64,000 nucleotides of DNA, taken from NCBI GenBank assembly GCA_002269645.1, contig NIVC01000133.1:51030-115029 (forward strand), read 5' to 3'. The stretch is from Macrostomum lignano (Eukaryota). Each line of letters starts with the position of its first letter. Positions within the stretch are counted from its first letter, which is position 1. The notes under the pieces were generated by a model. The model had not been told where the DNA came from. It ran no database searches and saw only the letters and a list, made by a program, of their open reading frames with translations. Positions 1 through 12,445 of the stretch are shown here, piece by piece. The translations under genes were made by a program, and so were the position numbers.

Positions 1-489
1 ACATTTGAAATGTCCTTGAACTATTTCAGAGTTTATTGAGCTAATGGTATCAAATGGAAGGCTAGTGCTCATACTCGTAAGCAAAGCAGGTTCACAATTG
101 AAATGGTTGTATTCATGGCCATGGGATCTAAACTGATCTGTTTTACTTTCACTCGCTTCGGTCTCAGAAGGAGCAGCAGTTGATGGACTATGGTGAGAAG
201 AAGATGCATCACGAGTTGAGCTGTTTTTAGAAAACATCTTTATCCAATTAAATATTTTCATGCAGCTCCTTAGGTTGTTCCACATTCCAAGTCTAGAAGT
301 CAAGACAGAAAAAAAGTTGAGAACTGCTACGAGCATACTGATGCATAGTGTTGGGACTGCATCCAAGATTCCAACCCAGCTCACCTGGAATACTTTGACC
401 AAACACTCAAGACTGCTCAACTAAACATACGACTTTTACAATAGAAGGTGCAGATGGTTTTCTCTATGCTATTTTGAACATTTGGATAA

Positions 490-830
490 TAAACTTAGAT
501 TATGTGATATTTATAGGGTTATGATATTTAGGGTTTGGGATATGGATTGTGTTTTCGAAGTTAGAGAATATGATATTTAGGAGTTATGATATTTAGGGTT
601 TGTGATATGTCTTGTAAGATTTTAGAAGTGATATTTAAGGGTTACGATATTTAGGGTTTGTGATAGAGACTGCATTTTGGAGCTTAGAGAATGTGATATT
701 TAGGATTTATGATATTTAGGGCTTATGATAGGGACTACATTTTGGAGTTTAGAGAATGTGATATTTAGGAGTTATGATATTTAGGGTTTATGATATAATG
801 TGTTTAGAGAATATGATTTTTAGGGTTTGT
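490..830. repeat. Degenerate AT-rich tandem repeat (GATATTTAGGGTTT-like)
   Basis: Recurring gatatttagg(g/a)gtt motif at irregular spacing. Confidence 0.6.
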
Positions 831-3800
831 GATACCCCTCTAAAGAGAGGCTAGCTGCTTCCCATATCCAATAAACAGGGGCAGATCTAGAGAGGGGCCA
901 AGGGGGTCATGCTTTCCCAGCCGCGGCACAATATTAAAGTACGTTTTTTGAGGGCATAAACTTTACAGTGACTGCCACTTTTCATATTGCAAAACTTTTA
1001 TGTAGTTGAATAGGAAGATTTTGCATGTAAATGACCCCCTCCAAGATAGCTACATGTATCGAGAATAAAAATAAGGCAATTCTGGAGTGATTCAATAAGA
1101 ATTTAGATAGAAATATTTAAACTTGGCCATATAATAAGAAAAAGTGTGCGTGATAGTTTATTTAAATATTTAATTAATGCATTCAATATGTTCAGTAAGC
1201 AAAGGCATTAAAGCAGAAAAGAATAGAAATAGGAACAAACAAAGTTGTAAAGAAGATAACATGAAGGGGCTTGATGTAGAGAAATGCTGAAGAAAACCAT
1301 AAAAAGGAGAAATAACTAACTGTATTTATGGGGCATTTGCAGCTAAGAAATAACCAAGTAGACTAGTATGTTTGCGAATGAAAAGAGGTAGATCTAAGGC
1401 ACAAGAGTGCAAGGAGAGGGGTGCACACAGGATGCACACATAAAATAGCTAAGATAGGAAAAGTATTAGTGCGACCATGGAGAAAGGAGAGAAACGATAT
1501 GAGGGGGAAATGGCAACATTTGGAAGGATAGGAAGAACCGAGATCAGTAATGGGGTCTGGTGCAAATTAAGGTGACTTTGATATCCCTCCCTCCCAGTCG
1601 CAGCCACATTACAAAGCAATAAAAAAAAAGTGTAAAACAAAATCAAATGCAATAGAAATTCGTAAGTTCAAAGTTTAAGTATAGATTTATAACTCAGTGA
1701 GCAACAGGATGTGATACTGCATTTGATTGAACATGTCAGTGGTGTCACTGGTCGTGAGCCTAGTGCTGGGTGGCATAATAGCAGATTCTGGCAGCTGAGA
1801 TGCTGCAGCACCAGTTAGGCTAGCTTGCTGGCCAGCCACTCGAAGTAATGCATCTAGAGTAAAATGGGGCGCAGTTGCAGAAAAGCGTCAATAACGTTTT
1901 AAACAACACTGCAATACAAAAAAATGAAAACATCACCTGGTTTGGTCTTTGTCACCTTTCTAGCGACGCTGGTCTTTCTTGGTAGTTTGCCCTCTTGGCA
2001 TCGGGAGTAGGCACACTGCAGCTTGAATTTTGTGATTTTACATGACTTTAAAACAGACTGTTTGGGGTGGAGTATGTCGCCTAACACCAGTCCTGTAGTG
2101 TACGGCATAGTCCTGGCAACGACACTTAGCAGTCCCAAGGTCATCAGGCATTAATGGCCAGAGGAAAATTTGGCTGAGGGGCATGTATACATAGCATAAA
2201 TGACTTAGGAGCATGTTATGATAATGTTAAAATTCTGTTTATTGAGCAATAAAATCTAAACCTAAATTAAAAGGCAACTAAATTGATTATTAATAATTTT
2301 CTTTAATTATAATGGTATAAGTACAGTGCTTAGAATGTTAAATCTGGTGGTAAATGTTTATTCTACAAAAAATAATAACTTGCAAATTTTAAAACTATAA
2401 TGTTATAGATGTAACATATAGTTATATGTATTCATATGTATTCATATACATATATGTATTCGAATACATATAGACTATAAAAACTTAAAAAACAAAAATT
2501 ATATTATTACTATTCAGAGTTATATATTTGGAATTTAAATGATTTCTTAAATTGATTTCTTACTTATGTTCTAAAACTTTTTACCATTTAGCAAGCTCTT
2601 TGTGCTTATATACAATACTTATCTTTATTATAGGTGAAATATTAATTAGGATGAGTTTTCTAAATAATTTTCTATTCTTACTAACTTTAAGTAATAAATA
2701 AATAGGCTAATTGCTAGCAATTGACAACAGCTATTTTAATTTTTGCTAAAATCAATGATACATACACACAGACAGACCACTTTTAGTATAATGGATTTTT
2801 TTGCTTATGCATAGTGCAGACTGATTGATTTCATTATTAAAAATCAATATTATATTTATCATCCAAGATTATTATTATGCCTGTTGAGACTGGACTTAAT
2901 TAAATTATAATTTACTATGTGGCTCATGGCTGCCAATTCCTGAACCAAGGCAGGGGCAGGGGGTCAGTCCTTGCTATTGACTTATTTAGTGAAATAACTC
3001 ACATTGACTATTTTTGAAGTTAAATAAACTTTCTGTTAGATTATGATAATTTAATACAAAAGTAGCAAGACACGCTTCACTAGCTAGCACATAAAATATC
3101 GATCAAGTTCTGAAAACGTGGCGTCTGAAATTTAAATATTTTTTGAGTGACAAAAAACAAACAAAATAGTTTCCTAGCTTTTTTCACATTAGTCAGCACA
3201 ATGAAAGAGTGAAAAGCACAGAAAATACTTAACAAAAAAAAAGATTTTTGCCTTGAATAGCTAATTCAGAAACAGGTATTTAAAGTAAGCGACTGTAAAT
3301 GATTTCGACACATTATTTCCCACCATTTGTAATCGATATATTAACTGTCCTATAATCGTAATTTTTTTAAATAATAAAAATACATGTATGGTTGAATCTT
3401 GGAACCTGGGCACCTAGCTTCCTACTCGTTTAGCTATATTGATTTAAACTCATTTTTAATCTGCATCGTCACATCAAAGTCCCTCAGGACACACTTTTAG
3501 AAAAAAACCGGGCTAGAGACCCGAACGTCTGGGTTTCTGCTTTCCCCGCTTTCCGGGCGGAAGTCCCGCTTTTTCGCCCGATTTAGTTTCTACCGTTTTG
3601 TCGGCGTGCTTTCCGGGTGAATCAACCGCTTTTTAGTTTTCACCCGCAAAATTTAAAGTTCCGGGCCCAATTTCATATGTTTTCGGGCGAAAATTCGGGC
3701 CAATTTTTCATAGGGTAATTAATCTATTAAAACGTGTAGCTTTTCTATAAATAATGTATATTCGTTTTTTATTATAGACACAACTAAATATTTAATTTGG

Positions 3801-4293
3801 CTCTTGAGATGGAAGGCCTTTTTGTTTCAATAGATGGAATGGCATCGAAGAGTTTGTGCTGCTTTGCGCGTGTATTTATATATTTACAAACAACGCCAGA
3901 TTGAGGGGCCAAGCCAAGGGAGGTGCGAAACAGGTGGCGTGGCGTGATTGGCTACGCCAACCCCCTGGCTTAGCGAGCCGGCTAGCGCGGTGCGCAACCA
4001 CCCACCTCAGCTAGACAGAGGTTGGGGGGTTTCCAGTGCGGCTGCACTGGTACTGCCGGTCGCGTACAGTCTGGCCGCCACACTCTAAATATTTGAAGTC
4101 AAATACCAATATATTTTTATTGGGGCCTATATCATGTACTTTTTATACTTATCCTTAGTCCTTATGTTGTCTAACTACTATTTTAAAATGTCTTTTATGA
4201 GTTGAGTTTCAACTAGATAAATTCATTTAAATTTGACTAATTGCACTGCATGTGCACAGCGGCACCCCAGTCAGGGCAGGAGGCCAGCCCGCC

Positions 4294-4546
4294 ATGAGCA
4301 CCGCCGCACCAGACGGCAATCTGGCCGCCTATTATGACCCTGGAGAGCGTCTGGCCGCTCTCGTACTGGACTTAGTCGACAGCTTCCTCCTGGTTGCTAA
4401 CCGTGCCGCTGTGGTTGCTTACGCGTCGTCCAATCTGTCTAAGTATCTCGATTGCACCGCTGAACAGCTGCGGCAGAGGCCCATTGTCTCGCTGCTGTAT
4501 AGGGACGATCGGAGTTTACTTAAACCCTACTTAGAACAGCTCAGCA
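4294..4546 (+). CDS. PAS-PAS-LxxLL protein (NCOA/p160/Taiman-like), coding exon 1, PAS-A
   Basis: ATG 4294. LVDSFLLVANRAAVVAYASSNLSKYLDCTAEQLRQRPIVSLLYRDD fits the PAS-A pattern (LDGFFFVVN..VVFVSENV.QYL...EEL...VYSILH.GD). Donor GTGAGT at 4547, phase 1. Upstream branch point/AG (GACTAAT...CACAG 4259) suggests a further 5' exon or trans-splicing. Confidence 0.8.
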
Positions 4547-4638
4547 GTGAGTAGCTGTCAATTTTATTTGAAACTGTTTTCATATACGTATTTGCTGTAC
4601 TTATAGTAGTACATAAATTGAATTTTTATCCACTTCAG

Positions 4639-4770
4639 GTTCATCACTGGTAAAGCGGACCTTGCCAAGCCAGTTGCGCTTCCGTCTGGATGTAGAAATC
4701 TCCGGCGGGTCTTCTGTTACCGCCAATGTAGAGGCCATCGTTAAACTGCAGCAGTTCCCGTTCAGCGAGG
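4639..4770 (+). CDS. PAS-PAS-LxxLL protein, exon 2
   Basis: Acceptor CACTTCAG, donor GTCAGT at 4771; phase 1/1 keeps the frame (SSLVKRTLPSQLRFRLDVE...FPFSE). Confidence 0.7.
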
Positions 4771-4966
4771 GTCAGTGCTGCTTAGTTTTTGTTGACCTTC
4801 TTTATGCAATCCTTGTACAAGCGGTTAAGAATGCTCGCAGATCATTCAGAATTGATCTGCTGTTGTCGCACTTCTCTATACAAGTTTTTCTCTTTTGTCT
4901 CGCCTAATCTGTTTGGGTTGGACCTTAAAATTTCATGCCCCACACTTTCAACCTCGGCTTCTAACC

Positions 4967-5425
4967 CTCCAAGATTCTCAGTTGCTGGGCCCCCACCGCC
5001 ACCCTCCAAGATTCTCAGTTGCTGGGCCCCCACCGCTACCCTCCAAGATTCTCAGTTGCTGGGCCCCCACCGCCACCCTCCAAGATTCTCAGTTGCTGGG
5101 CCCCCACCGCCACCCTCTCAGATCCTCAGTTGCTGGGCCCCCACCGCCACCCTCTCAGATCCTCAGTTGCTGGGCCCCCACCGCCACCCTCTCAGATCCT
5201 CAGTTGCTGGGCCCCCACCGCCACCCTCTCAGATCCTCAGTTGCTGGGCCCCCACCGCTACCCTCCCAGATCCTCAGTTGCTGGTCCCCCACCGCTACCC
5301 TCCCAGATCCTCAGTTGCTGGGCCCCCACCGCCACCCTCTCAGATCCTCAGTTGCTGGGCCCCCACCGCTACCCTCCCAGATCCTCAGTTGCTGGGCCCC
5401 CACCGCTACCCTCCCAGATCCTCAG
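4967..5425. repeat. 37-bp minisatellite (CAGATCCTCAGTTGCTGGGCCCCCACCGCCACCCTCT), ~12 copies, PAS gene intron 2
   Basis: Unit read directly; 37-bp period. Confidence 0.95.
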
Positions 5426-5497
5426 ACCCACGCCGCCAGCCCCAGCCCCTGGCACTGCAATGAATCCCCTAAAGCAGTGGATCGCGCACCCCCGCAG

Positions 5498-5696
5498 GCT
5501 GTCTGGAGCCAGCCCTAGTTTTCGTCTGTCGCCCGGCCGCGGCCCCGCAGCCTGAGCCCGTGCGGCGGCCGCCCAGCCTGCCAGCCCAGTTGCCAGTCGC
5601 AGGATTTTCTCTGCAGCCGCAGCAGAAACGGCCAACTCCCACTCTGGTTTGCGAGCTCAACTTGCCAGATTTAACTGTGCTGCGATCTGCTTGCAG
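5498..5696 (+). CDS. PAS-PAS-LxxLL protein, exon 3 (end of PAS-A, start of PAS-B)
   Basis: Acceptor CCCGCAG, phase 1; CLEPALVFVCRP resembles the last PAS-A strand; donor GTCTGT at 5697, phase 2. Confidence 0.7.
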
Positions 5697-6148
5697 GTCT
5701 GTGCGCGAATCTTACTTACAACAATTCACAATCGTGTTCTGTCCGCGTTATTTGAATCTGTTAGACTCAATCGTTCATTAGTATATGTTTTTTTATAACT
5801 TATTTAGATTTTTATGTATAAAGCAAGCCTCTATTGCGGCTGGTACGTCTGAGGTAGGTTTTTATTATGGATTGTCACTGGCGCTCTTGTCAGTCAATAT
5901 CTATTCAATAATTTTATATCAGTAGTATTATCAGTAGTATGTATTTGGCCAAACCCAAATGCTACAGCTTCTACAGTAATTTTATCGCTCTTCAGTATCC
6001 AGTATGCCAGTGCATATGCCAATTAGCATGACGTATAGCAGATTTTCAACTTTCCACCTTACCGGCTCAGATTCATTAACCCCCCACCCTGTCTGGCTTT
6101 AATAAAGCCTGTTAAATGAATCCTAAATTCACCCATAGGTGAAAAAGT

Positions 6149-6848
6149 TCACCCACTCTCAGATCCTCAGTTTGAGCAGTCATTCACCCACTCCCAGATC
6201 CTCAGTTTGAGCAGTCATTCACCCACTCCCAGATCCTCAGTTTGAGCAGTCATTCACCCACTCTCAGATCCTCAGTTTGAGCAGTCATTCACCCACTCCC
6301 AGATCCTCAGTTTGAGCAGTCATTCACCCACTCCCAGATCCTCAGTTTGAGCAGTCATTCACTCACTCCCAGATCCTCAGTTTGAGCATTCATTCACCCA
6401 CTCCCAGATCCTCAGTTTGAGCAGTCATTCACCCACTCCCAGATCCTCAGTTTGAGCAGTCATTCACCCACTCCCAGATCCTCAGTTTGAGCAGTCATTC
6501 ACCCTCTCCCAGATCCTCAGTTTGAGCAGTCATTCACCCACTCCCAGATCCTCAGTTTGAGCAGTCATTCACCCACTCCCAGATCCTCAGTTTGAGCAGT
6601 CATTCACCCACTCCCAGATCTTCAGTTTGAGCAGTCATTCACCCACTCCCAGATCCTCAGTTTGAGCATTCATTCACCCACTCCCAGATCCTCAGTTTGA
6701 GCAGTCATTCACCCACTCCCAGATCCTCAGTTTGAGCATTCATTCACCCACTCCCAGATCCTCAGTTTGAGCAGTCATTCACCCACTCCCAGATCCTCAG
6801 TTTGAGCAGTCATTCACCCACTCCCAGATCCTCAGTTTGAGCAGTTAT
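6149..6848. repeat. 35-bp minisatellite (CACCCACTCCCAGATCCTCAGTTTGAGCAGTCATT), ~20 copies, PAS gene intron 3
   Basis: Direct; 35-bp period. Confidence 0.95.
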
Positions 6849-7005
6849 TCATCAACAAAGACCCTAGGAAAAAGTCAAAACCATTAATTACTTTTGATTG
6901 AACCTACAGAAATAAGTTTTGTAGATAGAATGGAATTGACACTTGAAGCTGTAATCGATGTGATGCTAGGATTAACATGGACTCCCGCTGTTAACCACGC
7001 CACAG

Positions 7006-7121
7006 TCCTGAGCTAACGGCCAGCCTAGGCATCCTTGGCGAATACTTCCTCGGCAAACAATGGGGCCAACTGGTGGCGCAGTCCGACCGGCCCATCTGGC
7101 AAAGGCATTTGGACACGGCTG
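7006..7121 (+). CDS. PAS-PAS-LxxLL protein, exon 4 (PAS-B)
   Basis: Acceptor CCACAG, donor GTAAGG; phase 2/1; SPELTASLGILGEYFLGKQWGQLVAQSD matches the PAS-B core. Confidence 0.8.
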
Positions 7122-7129
7122 GTAAGGAC

Positions 7130-7520
7130 TCCTCACCTACCTGACTGTCTCCTCACTCATCTGTCTCTTTCCTCGCTCACATGCCTCTGCTCACTCACCT
7201 GTCTCCTTGCTCACTCACCTGTCTCTTTCCTCACTCGTCTCCTTGCTCACTCACCTGTCTCCTTGCTCACTCACCTGTCTGTCTCCTCACTCATCTGTCT
7301 CTTTCCTCGCTCACATGCCTCTGCTCACTCACCTGTCTCTTTCCTCACTCGTCTCCTTGCTTACTCACCTGTCTCTTTCCTCACTCACTTGTCTCCTTGC
7401 TCACCTGTCTCCTTGCTCACTCACCTGTCTCTTTCCTCACTCACCTCTCTTTCCTCACTCCCATGTCTCTTTAATCTTTGCACACCTATCTATTTTTCGC
7501 TCACCTGTCTCCTTATTAAT
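7130..7520. repeat. CT-rich low-complexity tandem repeat (CTCACTCACCTGTCT), PAS gene intron 4
   Basis: Direct. Confidence 0.9.
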
Positions 7521-7605
7521 GTTCACTCTATGCCAATCCATCAACTTCTTTCCCATGCCCACTCCATCACTGCGCAACTCTAAACTGCGCCCATTTAATT
7601 CGCAG

Positions 7606-7735
7606 TGAGCAGCTCCGGCCGGCCGGCCAGCTCAATTTATCGCTGTCAGGTGGCACCCGGCCGTGTTGCCTACGTGAAAACCTGCAGCCAGCTGACCGGC
7701 CCTAACCTGCTGACCAGCACGCACAGTATTGTTGG
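7606..7735 (+). CDS. PAS-PAS-LxxLL protein, exon 5 (end of PAS-B/PAC)
   Basis: Acceptor TTCGCAG, donor GTGAGT; phase 1/2; SIYRCQVAPGRVAYVKTCSQL...LTSTHSIV resembles NCOA YRF...T.SKL...SLH. Confidence 0.8.
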
Positions 7736-7764
7736 GTGAGTTTCGGGCTGGTGAATTTGGTCAG

Positions 7765-8030
7765 TTTAGTAGACGCCACTAATCCTAAATTCCCATTACT
7801 TGTCCGCCATTAATCCCAAATCCCCATCTTAACTGGTCCGCCACTAATCAAAATCCCCATGATAACTGGTCGGCCACTAGTCCCAAATCCCCATGATAAC
7901 TGGTCCGCCACTAATCCCAAATCCACATGATAACTGGTCCGCCACTAATTCAAATCCACATGATAACGGGTCCGCCACTAATCCCAAATCCACATAACTG
8001 ATCCGCCACTAATCCAATTCCCCATGATGA
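7765..8030. repeat. Degenerate 34-bp minisatellite (CCGCCACTAATCCCAAATCCACATGATAACTGGT), PAS gene intron 5
   Basis: Direct. Confidence 0.85.
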
Positions 8031-8054
8031 TGACATCAATTCCTACTCCCACAG

Positions 8055-8580
8055 CGGCGGAGGCGCCACCGAGCAGACTGGTGCGCAGCAGCGGTCGCGG
8101 GCGCCCCAGCCTGTCAGTCGGACAGTCAGCAGTGACTCTGTGCTTCTCGACCTGCTTGACACCTGCGACGGCGGCGGCAGCGGCGTGCCGACGATCAATG
8201 GGAAACGGCGAAACGGCGGCGACATCAGCAAAGGCGCCGTGACGCCGCCGAAGCTTGGCACGCCACCGATGCAGCTCGCCGGAGCCGCATTCCAGCTGCC
8301 GAACTTTGGCATCGGCAGCAGTCGCGGATTCGCCGCCCAAATGAAAGAGCTGCCTGTGCCGCCAAATGTCCGGCTGGCTGGGCCGCCCGAACTGCCGCAG
8401 GATGTTGTTGACACAATTCTGGCCATGGAGGACCAGAGGGAAGCGGCCAAGTCCTCAGCTAGGGGGGTCAACGGTCGGCGGTCCAAAGAAGACGAAGAGG
8501 ATGAAGAGGAGTCGGTGGAATCGGTGGCAGCCCCGAGCCGAGTGTCCAACGGCTTGCTTGAGAAACTGCTCAGCACGTGA
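8055..8580 (+). CDS. PAS-PAS-LxxLL protein, last exon with two LxxLL motifs
   Basis: Acceptor TCCCACAG, phase 2, in frame with ORF 8140-8580; motifs LLDLL and LEKLL; TGA 8578-8580. Exon total 1356 nt = 451 aa + stop. Confidence 0.8.
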
Positions 8581-8804
8581 CTGCCGCTTAAAATTGGAGG
8601 CCACTGTTAATGGTGGCCATTTGATTTCCTAGTTTTGCTCCGATTTTACAGTGTTGTAATCTAATACGAGTATGATCTCGTGCTCTGTAGTACCTGTGCT
8701 GCCGATAATGAGATTTAGCAACTGCTTCTGAATTGGTTGGGATTTCGATGTACACTAGGATCTAGATCTTCAGTGTGCGCCACATCTTCAGGCTAAACAG
8801 CTGC

Positions 8805-9200
8805 CACCCTGCCAGATCCTCAGTTTCTTGGCCACTGCCACCCTCCCAGATCCTCAGTTTTTTGGACACCGCCACGCTCCCAGATCTTCAGTTGCTGGGC
8901 CACCGCCACGCTCCCAGATCTTCAGTTGCTGGGCCACTGCCACGCTCCCAGATCCTCAGTTGCTGGGCCACTGCCACCCTCCCAGATCCTCAGTTGCTGG
9001 GCCACTGCCACCCTCCCAGATCCTCAGTTGCTGGGCCACTGCCACCCTCCCAGATCCTCAGTTGCTGGGCCACTGCCACCCTCCCAGATCCTCAGTTGCT
9101 GGGCCACTGCCACCCTCCCAGATCCTCAGTTGCTGGGCCACTGCCACCCTCCCAGATCCTCAGTTGCTGGGCCACTGCCACCCTCCCAGATCCTCAGTCG
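8805..9200. repeat. 34-bp minisatellite (CCCAGATCCTCAGTTGCTGGGCCACTGCCACCCT), related to the 37-bp array
   Basis: Direct; 34-bp period. Confidence 0.95.
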
Positions 9201-10494
9201 CGTGTCCACTGCCACCGTCTCCTAAATCATCAGACTCAGATTACAAATCTAGATGTGTACTCTTAATTGTATCTATTCAAAAATCAATTAGGCATTAGTA
9301 GTTCTCCCTTCGCTTCCATGTTTTCCTTGTTATTTACGAGGTATTCACTAATGTCGGTCGAAATTCTCTTTACTTTCACACCTATCTCTTCTGTCTCATT
9401 CATCTTTCGATATTGCCGGAGCGGATGGCAGCACTAGAAAGAAAATGTAAATAGGGCATCGGCGGTCCCTGTCCACTCTGTCAGTTAAATTTGTCTTTGT
9501 GGATTTGCTTTTTTCAATTTTGATTTGTTTGCTTTTCATACCATTACCAGGCTTAATGGTTTAACTGGCTCCCTCTGGCGCCTGCGGGCAGTTATAACCA
9601 ATTATTTAATGGCTTATGTTCACCGCTGTCTTTGTTGCCTAGCCTAGGATTGGTAACATTTTAGCTTGTTTGCATATCTTCAATACGAGCATCTCTAGAC
9701 ATGTCCAAAGTTGACGCCGAATCTTCAAGATTCATTTTTTATACGTGTTTGCTTCATAAAGACGGCTCGCCACGTGGCGAGAATTTATCGCAGTGACCCC
9801 TTCCCCAGTTCAGTTTGAAAAATGTCCCGCCTGCACTACTCGCCGCAAGTAGAACTCTCTTTTGCTCACGCATGTCTCAGCATGACCTTGTCACCCAGTG
9901 CTCCTCTAGATAAAGGTTTATACCGTTTATGATGATGCTAAGCCATTGTATCTGTTGTTATTTTCTATACCCTCCCAATCGCCAATGACTGCTTAGCTTT
10001 GTCTAATTCATTACCTCAGGTGACCCCCGCGCCCCGGCTTATATTTGTTTAGATGCGACACTTGTCAAACAACTGACCAAGGGTGACTTGGTTCTTTCTC
10101 TACGCATCCGGGTGGTCTTGGGTCCCTGCGTGTTTAACCAACCAACCGCAAGCAACCAAGCTTTAATTATCTACTAATATTATAACATGTGCTCTCCTTT
10201 GTCTGTTAGCGCGTGAGCTAGTGGTTTTTTCACAATAAAAACAATATAATATGAACTATACATAATAATTACACTACTACTGCTCTCTTTCTGCCTATAT
10301 GAATGGCTCAGTCTGATGCGGCTCTCGGCGTTAAAAAATCATTATTAGAGAATATGCCTTTATTATTTCATTGATAATAATTTTTATTTATGCTACTTAA
10401 GTTTGAATTAACTTGACAGTGCTTCAAATGCAACATAGGCAGGCCAAGATCGAAAGGTCTTTCAAAACAATTGTTAAAGCTTTTTAGATTGTTA

Positions 10495-10969
10495 TTAAGT
10501 CTGACGCTTTTGCAAGCCGCCCTCGTCAATCTGCTTGTCCAGGTATTCATCAATAGCGGTGCTGAACTGCGGTCGCGTCGGTTTGCCTTTGTACTTTTTG
10601 CGCAGCCTCTGCTGCATGCCAACCTCCATAGCGTACCGGTCCGGCATCTTTGGCCGTTGAATGTCCAACAGAGGCGGCTCGATCAAAAGCTCCTGTGCGT
10701 GCGGCAGGCTGGTACCCGAGGCGTAGTCGCCGAACGGGTCAGCTGGCAGGGGCCGGCCGCCGCTGTACAGGCTGTAGTCGTAGAAGCGAAACGGCACAGG
10801 CGCTTCCAAGTAGCTGGAGTCGAATGCCTTCTCAACCTCGAGTTGCAGCTTATCGTATTGGTGCTTGCACACTTGCACCTTGCCTACGCCCAGCAGCAGG
10901 CCCGACTGCGGGTCCAGGAACTGCACTAGCAGGTCACTGTGGCGATAGTCCAGCACGAGGTACTCGTCT
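10495..10969 (-). CDS. MRPS18B: Mitochondrial ribosomal protein S18B (mS40), exon 2
   Basis: Acceptor AATTCAG, phase 2, joins CPLC-R-DEYLVLDYRHSDLLVQFLDPQSG...VCKHQ (S18 motif); RLRKKYKG matches the RLRRLYQG region of human MRPS18B as I recall it; stop at 10495. Confidence 0.92.
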
Positions 10970-11007
10970 CTGAATTGGGCAGGGTGGGCGGCCTTAATTG
11001 GAGGCCC

Positions 11008-12013
11008 AACTGGCTGGGCGATTCTAAAGGAGGATGAACTGGCTGGGCGATTCTTAAGGAGGATGAACTGGCTGGGCGATTCCTAATGAGGATAAACTGG
11101 CTGGGCGATTCCTAATGAGGATGAACTGGCTGGGCGATTCTTAAGGAGGATGAACTGGCTGGGCGATTCTTAATGAGGATGAACTGGCTGGGCGATTCCT
11201 AATGAGGATGAACTGGCTGGGCGATTCTTAATGAGGATGAACTGGCTGGGCGATTCCTAATGAGGATGAACTGGCTGGGCGATTCCTAATGAGGATGAAC
11301 TGGCTGGGCGATTCCTAATGAGGATAAACTGGCTGGGCGATTCTTAATGAGGATGAACTGGCTGGGCGATTCCTAATGAGGATGAACTGGCTGGGCGATT
11401 CCTAATGAGGATAAACTGGCTGGGCGATTCTTAATGAGGATGAACTGGCTGGGCGATTCCTAATGAGGATGAACTGGCTGGGCGATTCCTAATGAGGATG
11501 AACTGGCTGGGCGATTATTAATGAGGATGAACTGGCTGGGCGATTCTTAATGAGGATGAACTGGCTGGGCGATTCCTAATGAGGATGAACTGGCTGGGCG
11601 ATTCCTAATGAGGATGAACTGGCTGGGCGATTCTTAATGAGGATGAACTGGCTGGGCGATTCCTAATGAGGATGAACTGGCTGGGCGATTCCTAATGAGG
11701 ATAAACTGGCTGGGCGATTCTTAATGAGGATGAACTGGCTGGGCGATTCCTAATGAGGATGAACTGGCTGGGCGATTCCTAATGAGGATGAACTGGCTGG
11801 GCGATTATTAATGAGGATGAACTGGCTGGGCGATTCTTAATGAGGATAAACTGGCTGGGCGATTCTTAATGAGGATGAACTGGCTGGGCGATTCTTAATG
11901 AGGATGAACTGGCTGGGCGATTATTAATGAGGATGAACTGGCTGGGCGATTATTAATGAGGATGAACTGGCTGGGCGATTATTAATGAGGATGAACTGGC
12001 TGGGCGATTCTTA
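11008..12013. repeat. 29-bp minisatellite (AACTGGCTGGGCGATTCCTAATGAGGATG), ~35 copies, filling most of the MRPS18B intron
   Basis: Direct; 29-bp period. Confidence 0.95.
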
Positions 12014-12074
12014 AGGATTATTTTGGAATGGCAGCCAGCCAGCCGCCTGCACCATCACCGCAGCACTGACTGAC

Positions 12075-12445
12075 CTGCACAGGGGACAGGGATTGGCCCG
12101 GATGTAGACGCCCTCGGTATTGAAACAGCGCTGCCGCGGCTTAGACGCTTCAAAGGAGCCGCGCAGATTGCGCCTATAGTGGAACCAGACCGGCCGTTCG
12201 CCGTAGACCTCCTTGTAGGCTGCGCTAGCCATGTAGCGCAGGCTCTCGTCCAGCGTTCTCGGCGTGTACTGCGCGTACTTTACTGGTGGATTGCGCGAGC
12301 CGAGACGCTTGTTCCTGCCTGTGCCGACGCCTTCACCGTCGCCTGATGGCTGCGTGCACAGGGCCTGGGCCAGGCGGAGCCGGGGCAGCGGCAGAGCCAA
12401 GGTGGGCTGCTGCGCCGCTGGTAAAATTCGTCTGAGTGCCGACCA
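12075..12445 (-). CDS. MRPS18B: Mitochondrial ribosomal protein S18B, exon 1 (start Met not in this exon)
   Basis: YMASAAYKEVYGERPVWFHYRRNLRG...NPCPLCR matches MRPS18B; donor GTCAGT at 12074; candidate acceptor TTGCAG just before 12445; in-frame TAA at 12466-12464 and no ATG between. Confidence 0.88.

Noticed and set aside
490-830. TTTAGGG motifs as a telomeric array
   Set aside because: Motifs are embedded in longer degenerate units, not head-to-tail
3505-3720. Possible transposon end with repeated TTTCG/CCCG motifs
   Set aside because: No partner TIR or TSD found
4841-4900. Extra phase-compatible PAS mini-exon (DHSELICCCRT)
   Set aside because: No convincing donor; exon 2 splices in frame directly to 5498
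4789-9298. Pro-rich ORFs of 150-220 aa over the arrays
   Set aside because: Translations of tandem repeats, open in several frames at once
10495-10760. Novel C-terminal extension of MRPS18B
   Set aside because: RLRKKYKG aligns with the RLRRLYQG region of human MRPS18B and the length is similar
6149-12013. CRISPR-like arrays (29-37-bp repeats)
   Set aside because: Units are contiguous with no unique spacers, no cas genes, eukaryotic context
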